A stretch of 35,543 bases of DNA from Planctomycetaceae bacterium (GTDB taxonomy: Bacteria; Planctomycetota; Planctomycetia; Pirellulales; Thermoguttaceae): NCBI GenBank assembly GCA_009776995.1, contig WRMR01000001.1:1-35543 (forward strand). The letters run 5' to 3'. The translations under genes and the position numbers were made by a program. How positions within the stretch are numbered: the first letter of the stretch is position 1; the number at the start of each line of letters is the position of its first letter. Under the pieces are notes generated by a model, which saw only the letters and a list, made by a program, of their open reading frames with translations, searched no databases and was not told where the DNA came from. Shown here one piece after another: positions 26,998 to 35,438 of the stretch.

Positions 26998-27972
26998 ATG
27001 TCTTATTACGGTTTCGGTTGGCGGCCTTACGTTCCGGTTGCTCAAAAACGGGCGAATGCGGTTCGGTACGTCAATAAAAAACTCGGCAAGAAGGCGAACC
27101 CCATCAACATCGAAGGGAAGAAGATCGCCAAAACGTTTTGGGGAATTGCCTGGTGCGACAATCTGGAATCGTACAGCGATTACGCAAACCGGATGCCGCG
27201 CGGCAGGACATATATCCGTAACGGCTCGGTCGTGCATCTCGAAATCGACAAGGGCGTGGTGCGTTCGTATGTCGCCGGGTCGGATACCTACAAAATCGAG
27301 GTGAAAATCGAGCCGCTCAAGCCCGCTGCCTGGAAACGGCTCAAGCAAAAATGTGCCGGAGAAATCGCGTCGGTCGTTGAACTCCTGCAAGGCAAACTCT
27401 CGAAAAACGTGCTTGCCATCGTTACGGACAAAAAGGAAGGCTTGTTCCCTTCGCCGAAAGAAATCACACTCGATTGCTCGTGCCCGGATTGGGCGGTCAT
27501 GTGCAAACACGTTGCGGCGACACTTTACGGCGTCGGGGCATTGCTTGATAAAAGCCCTGAACTGTTTTTCAAGCTGCGCGGCGTCGATCACCTCGCACTG
27601 ATCGAAACGTCGGTCGCCATTCCGGCGGGCAAAGCCGATTCTGAAACGCTGGACACCGAAAGTCTGGAAGGCATTTTCGGCGTCGAACTGGCGACTTCGC
27701 TGGAAGACAAGCCCGCCCCGGCAAAGAAGACCAGCAAAAAAGCGGTCAAAAAAACCGCGAAGAAGTCAACCAAAAAAGCGGTGAAGAAACAGGCACCGAA
27801 AAAAACGACCGGAAAAGTCGCTAAAAAATCAACGCCGGCATCGGAAAAGGCATTGAAGAAGCCCGTGAAAAAGAAGGCGGCGAAGAAAGCAACGATCAAG
27901 CAAATTTCCCCGAAGAAAGTAGCCGGAAAAAAGACAAAGAAGACCGGCAAGAATGCTTCCGGGAAAAAATAA
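26998..27972 (+). CDS. SWIM zinc-finger protein with Lys/Ala/Pro-rich histone-H1-like C-terminal tail
   Basis: ATG 26998 is preceded by AAAGGA. The N-terminus MSYYGFGWRPYVPVAQKRANA...IAKTFWGIAWCDNLESYSDYANRMPRGRTYIRNGSV is typical of the SNF2-associated SWIM family. The SWIM CxCxnCxH motif is in LDCSCPDWAVMCKHVAA. The tail is KKTSKKAVKKTAKKSTKKAVKKQAPKK... Confidence 0.85.
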   Translation: MSYYGFGWRPYVPVAQKRANAVRYVNKKLGKKANPINIEGKKIAKTFWGIAWCDNLESYSDYANRMPRGRTYIRNGSVVHLEIDKGVVRSYVAGSDTYKIEVKIEPLKPAAWKRLKQKCAGEIASVVELLQGKLSKNVLAIVTDKKEGLFPSPKEITLDCSCPDWAVMCKHVAATLYGVGALLDKSPELFFKLRGVDHLALIETSVAIPAGKADSETLDTESLEGIFGVELATSLEDKPAPAKKTSKKAVKKTAKKSTKKAVKKQAPKKTTGKVAKKSTPASEKALKKPVKKKAAKKATIKQISPKKVAGKKTKKTGKNASGKK

Positions 27973-27981
27973 AACCATACC

Positions 27982-28164
27982 TCACACCGCCATTAAGCTG
28001 GTATTTTTCAGGTTTTGGAAATTTGGCTGCATGAGGGTTTCGATTTCAGCTTTGTCTTCGGTTTCGACCCGGTCGAGGCAATCGTTGATGCCCGTTTTGA
28101 AGTCATCGAAGGTTTCATAATACGGATTGTAAAAACACTTTTTCTTCACAAATTTCCACAGCCG
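27982..28164 (-). mobile_element. IS630-family (DDE_3) transposase C-terminal remnant, 60 codons with no start; not in the ORF track
   Basis: The minus-strand translation directly after the LRR stop reads RLWKFVKKKCFYNPYYETFDDFKTGINDCLDRVETEDKAEIETLMQPNFQNLKNTSLMAV*. The (I)ERLWKFxKKxxxxNxYYxxFxxF block is the conserved IS630 transposase C-terminus. Confidence 0.75.
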
Positions 28165-29439
28165 TTATTGTTGCGAATTGGTTGTCAGCACTTTGAGGGA
28201 TTGCATTTTCCGAACCGTCTCCAGTGCCGTATCATCCAGTTGACACCCCGTCAGGTTGAGTTGCTCCACGGTTTTAAGTTCGGCAATCGCTTCCAAAATA
28301 TCCGGCGTCAGCATGTTATGGGACAAATCAAGTTTTTTCAAATTGGGAAACTGATTCAAAACTCTCATATTTTGAGCTGTCAGGTAGGTTTTGGGGAACG
28401 ACAGGGACTCCAGTCGTGTTCGAATGGTCTCCGTCTCCGCAAGAGCATGGAAAAAAACGCCGGTGACCATCATGTCGGAAACAGCCAATCTCTTCAAACC
28501 GCGAAAAGCGCGAAGCGAATCCAGACCCGCGTCGTAAATCGCAGTATTGCGGGCCAGAACCAGAAGTTCCAATTGTGCCGCCCATTCCTCATGGGAAGCA
28601 AGTTCGGCGAAACCTTCCCCGGTGATGGATGTCCCCTCAATCGACAAACCCCGGAGCTGCGGCAAGCCAGGCAAGATTTCCAACACGGAATCGTCAACGG
28701 CAAAACCGCCGATTTTCAAGTCGGCCAGCCGTGTCATCGTGCCAAGAATCCTGTAATCCTCCTGCGTCAAATTGCTGCACTGCCGCAAATCCAACGCTCT
28801 CAGATCAGGTGACCCGGCGATTTTTTCGATCACCACCCGGGTTGGACTCATCTCGATGAGAGCCAGCGACTGCAATGGCACAGTCTCAAGTGCCGCCGTG
28901 ATTCCCGGTTCGCCGACCTTGTTCAGGCGACGAAGCGTCAAACGGCGAAGCGTGGGAACCGATGCAACCATTGCTTCCAGGTTGCTGTCAGTGAGCGGAA
29001 CGTCCTGGAGAAAAAGAGTTTCAAGATGCTGCTGTTTCGCGAGGCCGGAAAACGCTTCATACGACAAGCTTCCTCCGGCCACGGCCAGGTTTTTCAGATT
29101 CGGGATTAAAAGGGCTTGCCGCAAAACAGCGTTGGTGACCGAAGTCCGCTCTGCAGCAAGATTGACACCGGCAACCACACCCTTGGCGTCACGTTCGATT
29201 TTTCCGCCCGCGTCTTCGATGGCCCGGATGATTTCCATTGATACGGTTTCCACAGCTTTTTCAGGATCAGGCTGTGCCTGTTCGACCGGAGATTGCCGGG
29301 GCATCTCCTTGTGACAGCCAAAAACAAGAAAACAAACGACGAACAAACACACCAGCAGTTCCGGGTTGGTGTGCGTTTCCAAAAAACGGCGGAACAATGT
29401 TGTGTCCTGATTTGTCATTAGGATTCGCATAATAATCAT
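28165..29439 (-). CDS. Leucine-rich-repeat (RNI-like) protein with N-terminal membrane anchor or lipoprotein-like signal
   Basis: There are about 12 repeats of roughly 24-28 aa: LKNLAVAGGSLSYEAF, LETLFLQDVPLTDSNLEAM, LRRLTLRRLNKVGEPG, LRALDLRQCSNLTQED, LRGLSIEGTSITGEGF, LKKLDLSHNMLTPDILEAI and LNLTGCQLDDTAL. The N-terminal hydrophobic segment is LLVCLFVVCFLVFGC. Alternative starts at 29430 and 29418. Confidence 0.8.
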   Translation of the reverse strand: MIIMRILMTNQDTTLFRRFLETHTNPELLVCLFVVCFLVFGCHKEMPRQSPVEQAQPDPEKAVETVSMEIIRAIEDAGGKIERDAKGVVAGVNLAAERTSVTNAVLRQALLIPNLKNLAVAGGSLSYEAFSGLAKQQHLETLFLQDVPLTDSNLEAMVASVPTLRRLTLRRLNKVGEPGITAALETVPLQSLALIEMSPTRVVIEKIAGSPDLRALDLRQCSNLTQEDYRILGTMTRLADLKIGGFAVDDSVLEILPGLPQLRGLSIEGTSITGEGFAELASHEEWAAQLELLVLARNTAIYDAGLDSLRAFRGLKRLAVSDMMVTGVFFHALAETETIRTRLESLSFPKTYLTAQNMRVLNQFPNLKKLDLSHNMLTPDILEAIAELKTVEQLNLTGCQLDDTALETVRKMQSLKVLTTNSQQ

Positions 29440-29685
29440 GTGAACATTTCAATGTCGTTTTTGGTAAATGCACGATGCCGGCGTTCCATAATTGCCTCCT
29501 TGTTGCAGGGATTGAAACGCTGTAAAACAACAAAAACCACAAAATACAGTCAACAGCAAAGTGTTCTCATGACTGATCAAATGGTTGAGTGAATGTTGAT
29601 GCAAATGAATTCGCGATCATTCAAGCAGAGGAGTCGTGCCAAAATAACATTGGTAAAAGTGTGATATTGATATTGACACGTCTCC

Positions 29686-31584
29686 TTACTTCCGCTCCTT
29701 ATACCTCAAAATCCGCTCCTTGTGTGAATTATCATTCGTAATATTATAAACCTTATCCAACACCCGGTTGATCTCCTCGCGGTGCTGTCCGTGGAACGGG
29801 CTGTCGTTCGCCATATCGACGATTGCCCGGCAGGCCGCCTGCTGGAGATCGGCATCGTCGAGATACCGGGCGGCGAAGCGGAACACTTCGATGCTTCGGA
29901 CGGTGTTGACACGGCTCAGCAACAGGTTACGGTCTTCGTTTGTCTTTGCAAGGTCCATGGCTCGCTTAAACAACTCCAGCGAATCCTCGAAAGAACGCCC
30001 TTCTTCGTGTAGCGTAACCACGCGGATGTAAGCGCGCGCGGCCTGACGTGTTCTCGCGTTGTCTCCCTGCTTCGCAAAACGGTACAAATCGTCGGCCACC
30101 GCCGCGTCCGGCCAGTTACACAGAGCCCGAAATGCCGCAACTTTGAGCTCCTCGGAACCGTTATTAAGGAAATTGAGCACCAGTTCTTTCGCCCGCTCTC
30201 CACCGACACGCCCGATCATCGGGAGCATATCCGCTTTTTCCGCATCGTTTTTGTCGTTGACCGCACGACACAGAACCACGCCTCGCCCGTCGGCATCGGT
30301 AACCCGCACGCTGATGCTAACAATCACATTCTCAATCCGTTCCCGCAGACCTTGATCTTCCGTTTCCCGGTGGAATTGATTCACAAGTGCCGGAATAGCA
30401 CTTGCATCGGCGATTCCTTCCAAGCCCCCGACACATGCATGCCGGGTACCGCCTTCCTTATGGGAAAGAAATTCCTGGAACAGCGGGATGAAGCAAACGG
30501 CCCGTCGCATACTGATCGCTTCCAGAACACGGTTCCGCGTGTCGTTATCCTCCGCGCGGCGGACGGCGTCGATGAGATGTTGGTCCGCGCCGTCATAATT
30601 CAGTTTTCCCAGCGAAACGCGTATGGTTCCCCAGACACTGTCACGCGTCCGGACATTCTGGAGAAGCACATCCTTTGCCGTGGAATCGCCCAGAACACCC
30701 AATGCCCGAAAACCGGCCAGTTGCACTTTTTCCCGGGCGATTCGCTGATCCTCGAGTTGTTTCTTTTCTTCGTCGCTCTGATTCTCGCTCGGGTCGTCCG
30801 TCTCCAGCAACGGAGCATATTGCTTCACCAGGTATAATGCCAGCGGCAGGGCACTGCGGTCGCCTGCCGATGTCAGGGCATCCATCAGCAGAATCTGCAC
30901 TTCAGGCGAGAGACGCTCGAAACGCTCCTGCCAGTTCGGGACGTCCGTGATCTTCACGTTCGGCAACCACGCCAATTGCGACAGGGCCGTGTCCCAAGCG
31001 GTTTTATCGGAACCTTCCAAGACGCTGACGATTTCATCCAACGTCCGGACCGTCGCCGCATCGCGCTTCAGGACATAATCCAGCGCGTTCTGGACGGCGA
31101 TTTTTCTTTCTTCGTTGTCTTCCCGATTCAGGCGTTCTCGCAAGGCATTCTTCGTTTCCTGATTCGGAATATTTGCCAGTGCCCAGAGTGCTTCGTCGCG
31201 GATCAAGCGGTCATTGTGATCCAGGAATTTTGCAATCGTCGGCACACAGGTACTGTCTCCCAGACGGCCAAGCTGGCGGAGGAACCAGAAATGGGCGTTC
31301 TCATTGGCGTCGTCCAGGAGGGCTTCCGTCATGAGCTTCACCGCCAGGGCTTTATCCGCCTGCCGGTTCGGCGCACCGAGCGCAAAACAATATCTTTGCC
31401 AGTTGCTGCGGGCGTTACGGGCTTCGTCGGGATTTCCTGTCTGGATCATTTTCTCCAGACAATCCGCGAAATACTCTGCCGCGGGCCGTTCTTCTTTGTA
31501 AGAACGGTTATCCTCCGCGAAAATGACGGCGGAGCTGAAAAGTAAAAAACACCAGAAGGTGAGGGTTATTTTTATGGTTTTCAT
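29686..31584 (-). CDS. Secreted HEAT/ARM-like repeat protein
   Basis: Signal peptide MKTIKITLTFWCFLLFSSAVIFA. Repeated PBS-lyase/HEAT-like units include LGRLGDSTCVPTIAKFLDHNDRLIRDEALWALANI, LGVLGDSTAKDVLLQNV and GLEGIADASAIPALVNQF. Confidence 0.7.
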   Translation of the reverse strand: MKTIKITLTFWCFLLFSSAVIFAEDNRSYKEERPAAEYFADCLEKMIQTGNPDEARNARSNWQRYCFALGAPNRQADKALAVKLMTEALLDDANENAHFWFLRQLGRLGDSTCVPTIAKFLDHNDRLIRDEALWALANIPNQETKNALRERLNREDNEERKIAVQNALDYVLKRDAATVRTLDEIVSVLEGSDKTAWDTALSQLAWLPNVKITDVPNWQERFERLSPEVQILLMDALTSAGDRSALPLALYLVKQYAPLLETDDPSENQSDEEKKQLEDQRIAREKVQLAGFRALGVLGDSTAKDVLLQNVRTRDSVWGTIRVSLGKLNYDGADQHLIDAVRRAEDNDTRNRVLEAISMRRAVCFIPLFQEFLSHKEGGTRHACVGGLEGIADASAIPALVNQFHRETEDQGLRERIENVIVSISVRVTDADGRGVVLCRAVNDKNDAEKADMLPMIGRVGGERAKELVLNFLNNGSEELKVAAFRALCNWPDAAVADDLYRFAKQGDNARTRQAARAYIRVVTLHEEGRSFEDSLELFKRAMDLAKTNEDRNLLLSRVNTVRSIEVFRFAARYLDDADLQQAACRAIVDMANDSPFHGQHREEINRVLDKVYNITNDNSHKERILRYKERK

Positions 31585-31631
31585 ATATAGGTTCTCGCAA
31601 AAGATGATTCTGTGTTAAAGATGAGCGGCCG

Positions 31632-32882
31632 CTAAATATCGATTTTCCATGGGGCACGTTTCGGGCGGTCAAGCCACCGTGCTGCTTCAGGATCGCCGAG
31701 GATTTCTTCCTTATCGGGATCCCACTTAATTCCCCGGCCGAGCCAGTACACGATATTTCCCAAGTGGCACATGATCAGTGCCCGTTGCGCCGCTTCGATG
31801 TTCCTGAATGGTTTTTGCCGCGTTTTAGCACAATACACGAAATCGCCAAAGATATTCCGGTTTTCCCATGGATTAAACCATTTGTAACCGGGGATTTCCA
31901 CGCGTTTTTCGGGTTTATGGTGCCGGCCGACCAACGTGTTGTTCCGACCGATTCGCAGGGAACCCTCTGTTCCAACATAAACGTTATCGCCGGTATTTGC
32001 ATGATACATTTTCAGGCCGTCGGCGAAATGATAGATGATACGGCGTTTTTCGTCTCCCGGCTCGCCTGGAAGGACTTCCACCGGCCCGGAGTACAAGTGG
32101 TTCGTGGCATACAGAGCCGCACCGAAACGGTGGGCTCCCCAGTCGGTCATTCCGCCGCCGGAGTAATCACGATAGTTGCGGAATCCGCCGGTAACCAAGT
32201 CATGGTGATACGGCCGCCAGGGGGATGGGCCGACCCACATCTCCCAGTTCAGACCTTCCGGTTCCGGTTCCGCCGGGAGGTTGCAATCGCCGGACGGGCC
32301 GCCGCAGTCAACGAACGCTTCCTGAATTTCACCGATGGCACCGCCCCAGAGCAACCGGGGGAGGTCGCCGTAATCGCCGATGACCCGCTGGCTACCGCCG
32401 GAAAAGACGATTCCATATTTTTTGATCGCTTCGGCCATCGCCCGCCCTTCCGCGATTGTCAGTGTTTCCGGTTTTTCACAGTACACATCCTTTTTCTTTT
32501 TCGCCGCAGCAATCGTGATCAGAGCGTGCCAGTGGTCCGGAGTGCCGATAAGGATCGCATCAATATCCTCACGATCCAGGATGGGACGGAAGTCGTCGTA
32601 AGCAGCACAATCATTATGATTATATCGGCTGTTCACCTGCCGGCGCGCTTCTTCGCGATGATCCTTGACCGGGTCGCAGACGGCAACCATCTGAACTTCG
32701 TTAAAGCTCATCATGCCACCCATGTCACCCCGGCCCTGACCGCCGCAACCGATTAAGGCCATGACCAGCCGTTCGCTGGGAAGCGTTTTTCCATCTTTCC
32801 CTAAAACGGCACCCGGAACGACCATCGGTGCCGCAACGGCAACCGCCGCCGATTTCATAAAATTTCGTCTTGATAATACCAT
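31632..32882 (-). CDS. Tat-exported Gfo/Idh/MocA-family oxidoreductase
   Basis: Twin-arginine signal SRRNFMKSAAVAVAAPMVVPGAVLG, Rossmann motif MALIGCGGQGRGD, and IDAILIGTPDHWHALITIAAAKKKKDVYCEKP. Confidence 0.88.
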   Translation of the reverse strand: MVLSRRNFMKSAAVAVAAPMVVPGAVLGKDGKTLPSERLVMALIGCGGQGRGDMGGMMSFNEVQMVAVCDPVKDHREEARRQVNSRYNHNDCAAYDDFRPILDREDIDAILIGTPDHWHALITIAAAKKKKDVYCEKPETLTIAEGRAMAEAIKKYGIVFSGGSQRVIGDYGDLPRLLWGGAIGEIQEAFVDCGGPSGDCNLPAEPEPEGLNWEMWVGPSPWRPYHHDLVTGGFRNYRDYSGGGMTDWGAHRFGAALYATNHLYSGPVEVLPGEPGDEKRRIIYHFADGLKMYHANTGDNVYVGTEGSLRIGRNNTLVGRHHKPEKRVEIPGYKWFNPWENRNIFGDFVYCAKTRQKPFRNIEAAQRALIMCHLGNIVYWLGRGIKWDPDKEEILGDPEAARWLDRPKRAPWKIDI

Positions 32883-32938
32883 GATATTCTCCCTGAATTT
32901 TATACGTGAAATGAGTCAACGTGATTCTGGCACAGTTC

Positions 32939-33826
32939 CTATTTGTCCGCTCCCGGCGTCGCAATATCAAAATTCGTCGTCGTATCCATATCGAAACGTC
33001 CCACGGACCATTCGATCATTTCGCCGATTCGACGAACGTTCTCATCTTTCCGGAAGAAATCGTTATCGTGACCGTAAGTGGTGTATGCGACTCGTCCGGA
33101 ACCCTCCATGCGAATCCAGGCAGCCGGGTATGGAACCCGATGATAGCAGTCACCGTCCATTCCTTCCGTCTGCAACACCATTACCACATGCATGTCCGTA
33201 TTCAGGTGATTATTCGCGTACCATTCTTCGTGGTCGGCACTTTTTTTCTCTTCTTTTTCCTTCATCCAGGGAAACTGGACGGGGTCGGTAAACGTGACGG
33301 TTGCGACCTGCATGGGGCCGTGTCCGCAGAACCGCCCCCCCATCACTCTGGTGTACAAGTCATTGCCGTCTTCGTCATTGACGCCGCAGTAAGAATCCGT
33401 CGCAGCGTGGATGCCGACAAGACCTTTTCCGGACCTTACCGCCTCAAAAAATTTCATCAAACCGTCTTTCGAGATGGGACAGGCATGGTCTTTGTCCTGG
33501 TCCGACTTGGCCAGAAGATTTCCCGTGGCGTAAAAAATAAAACCATCGTACTGGTCAAGGTCTCCGTCGAAAACGCGGCCGTCCTGGGTTTCGACCAGTT
33601 CGATGTTCCGCTCGGCACAATACTTTTCCAGGACTTCTCCGGAGAATGAAGAACCCTGATCAGTGCGCCATGCGACCGGGCCGTGAGTGAATCCCTGGGA
33701 ACGGGAGAAATATAAAACTTTCGACTTGGCGACATCGTCCGCCCGGGCGGGGAGGACCATGTTCATCACGGCGGCCAGGGACAACAAGCAGAGCGTACCG
33801 AGGGTGGGGGTAAAAAAACGTTTCAT
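32939..33826 (-). CDS. Secreted ThuA-domain (trehalose-utilisation-like) protein
   Basis: The ATG at 33826 gives MKRFFTPTLGTLCLLSLAAVMNMVLPARA. Then KVLYFSRSQGFTHGPV, DGFIFYATGNL, GLVGIHAATDSY, RFCGHGPMQ and TYGHDN. The track ORF extends 42 codons further upstream without support. Confidence 0.8.
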   Translation of the reverse strand: MKRFFTPTLGTLCLLSLAAVMNMVLPARADDVAKSKVLYFSRSQGFTHGPVAWRTDQGSSFSGEVLEKYCAERNIELVETQDGRVFDGDLDQYDGFIFYATGNLLAKSDQDKDHACPISKDGLMKFFEAVRSGKGLVGIHAATDSYCGVNDEDGNDLYTRVMGGRFCGHGPMQVATVTFTDPVQFPWMKEKEEKKSADHEEWYANNHLNTDMHVVMVLQTEGMDGDCYHRVPYPAAWIRMEGSGRVAYTTYGHDNDFFRKDENVRRIGEMIEWSVGRFDMDTTTNFDIATPGADK

Positions 33827-34265
33827 GTTTTGTTCTTTCCGTTCTTGGTTGGTTTGGAAACGATCAATGTGACCGATTGGGTTATGCACGAATTTACGGT
33901 ATCTGTGTCCCGGCGGGACATCATTGTCACGCAATACCAATGCCGGATACACAAAAAACAGAGGCTTGGGAAGTTATCAGAAATAGCCTTTGCAAACGTT
34001 GCGTTGATCCTGGTTGAAAAATACCAGGCACCTGTGAACTGTACTCTATCAATTTTACGTCCACATGTCAATATCCTGTTTCCTCGTTCGTATAGAAGGC
34101 GTCTGAAATGAGGCTAACTGCACGGGAATTACTTCCCTACTCCAAACGCCTGATACGAACGCCGTTGATTGATCGTTGGAGCCTTTTTATCAAACCACTA
34201 AAACTTGCCGGTTAATTTCTGGCGAAAGCCATATAATCACGCGCTTTGAGTTGTTGCGACCTCGC

Positions 34266-34620
34266 ATGAAGATGAGCAATGTTACGTGTAAACATTGGCA
34301 AGTTGGCGATGCGATAGATGCTCCGACTAATAAAGGGTATCCAAGTTGGAAAACAGTCCAACAAAGATATTGGAAGAATGAAGCGGCACTCCACACAAAT
34401 TCTGGAAAGTATTCCCAAGCGAACTTGCCTAGGATGCAAAAGGGAGAAGCACCACTCTTGCAGGTGCTGGTAGATCGTGAGAGATGTAGGTGCTGCCGGA
34501 ATGCACGCACAAAGCAATTTGCAGGCTTTAACACCCTGGGCACATGCCGCAGTAGATAAGTTTAGACATACAGGATATACTTTTATAAAAATTCTACAAG
34601 GCATCAATATTTTCAAGTAA
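34266..34620 (+). pseudogene. Degraded colicin/pyocin-type HNH DNase toxin domain (orphan, frameshifted)
   Basis: Frame A reads GYPSWKTVQQRYWKNEAALHTNSGKYSQANLPRMQKGEAPL, which resembles [20 protein letters not shown]...VSKGYSPF of colicin E9 and pyocin S DNases. Frame C reads AGAGRS and stops. Frame B resumes IVRDVGAAGMHAQSNLQALTPWAHAAVDKFRH, resembling ADGGGVYNMGNLVAVTPKRHIEIH. The ELHH catalytic block between them is absent. Confidence 0.5.
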
Positions 34621-34664
34621 CAAGTTCGAAAACCATAGTATTACTTTATTCAGAAAGGCAATCC

Positions 34665-35438
34665 ATGGATATATATGGAAAAGAGCCAGAATTTGATTTT
34701 GATTATCCGGTGTTCGGAGACAACAAACCGCTGTATATCGGCATGATCGACCTCAGCGATCCGGAGGTCATGGTCAAACTTGGTACAAAGATGCCGCGCA
34801 AACTGTTCCTGTTCGGCGGTAAGGCACCTTATCCCAATGATCCGCAATATACAACTGTCAATTATAATGTTGTAGAGCATAATACCACGACAAAACAGAC
34901 TGTATCGCATTATTTGGCGCAATTTGGCGAAGAATCTGTATTTTGGCACGAAGAAGGTATAACCACACATGGTAAATGCGCGGATATGCTGAAAAAAAAG
35001 GATTGCCCTTCCTTGTTTCGGCATCCCAAATGGAAGTTGGATGGAATGGCATGGCCCACTTACCAAGATCAAATGTTCTTTTTTGCGCAGCAGATACATG
35101 TTCCTGAAAACAAATTCACATCAGATACACTTTCTTGCCACACAACGCTTTATGTTTTTGTCTTGTTGGCGGAGAACGACAGGCTATTGGTTCAACTGAT
35201 TGGACAAGATACAAGTGCGCAGACAGCAGAGCAGCACTACAAGCTGGAACAGGCAATGATTGACTATGAGCAGAACTGCGATAATCCAGAAATTATCGAA
35301 AAGTTGATTAAAACAAACAGCAAAGATTTTCACCAATATCTGTTGGATGATACAACTATCACTAAAACAACACTTGAGTTTCTGGTGGAACACGGAAAAA
35401 CAAAAAGAATTAAGGATGAAGCCAAAAAACGATTATAA
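34665..35438 (+). CDS. Hypothetical protein, possibly DUF1963/YwqG-like immunity-associated
   Basis: 257 aa, AT-rich codon usage. FLFGGKAPYPNDPQY ... WKLDGMAWPTYQDQMFFFAQQIHVPEN ... TLYVFVL loosely matches the DUF1963 pattern (GG.P...WP....M.F.AQI...G.LY.F). Its position directly after a toxin remnant fits an immunity role. Confidence 0.4.
   Translation: MDIYGKEPEFDFDYPVFGDNKPLYIGMIDLSDPEVMVKLGTKMPRKLFLFGGKAPYPNDPQYTTVNYNVVEHNTTTKQTVSHYLAQFGEESVFWHEEGITTHGKCADMLKKKDCPSLFRHPKWKLDGMAWPTYQDQMFFFAQQIHVPENKFTSDTLSCHTTLYVFVLLAENDRLLVQLIGQDTSAQTAEQHYKLEQAMIDYEQNCDNPEIIEKLIKTNSKDFHQYLLDDTTITKTTLEFLVEHGKTKRIKDEAKKRL

Noticed and set aside
29502-29518. GTTGCAGGGATTGAAAC, which resembles the ATTGAAAC 3' end of many CRISPR repeats
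   Set aside because: It is a single occurrence in the window with no second copy and no spacer-repeat periodicity. It is most likely chance.
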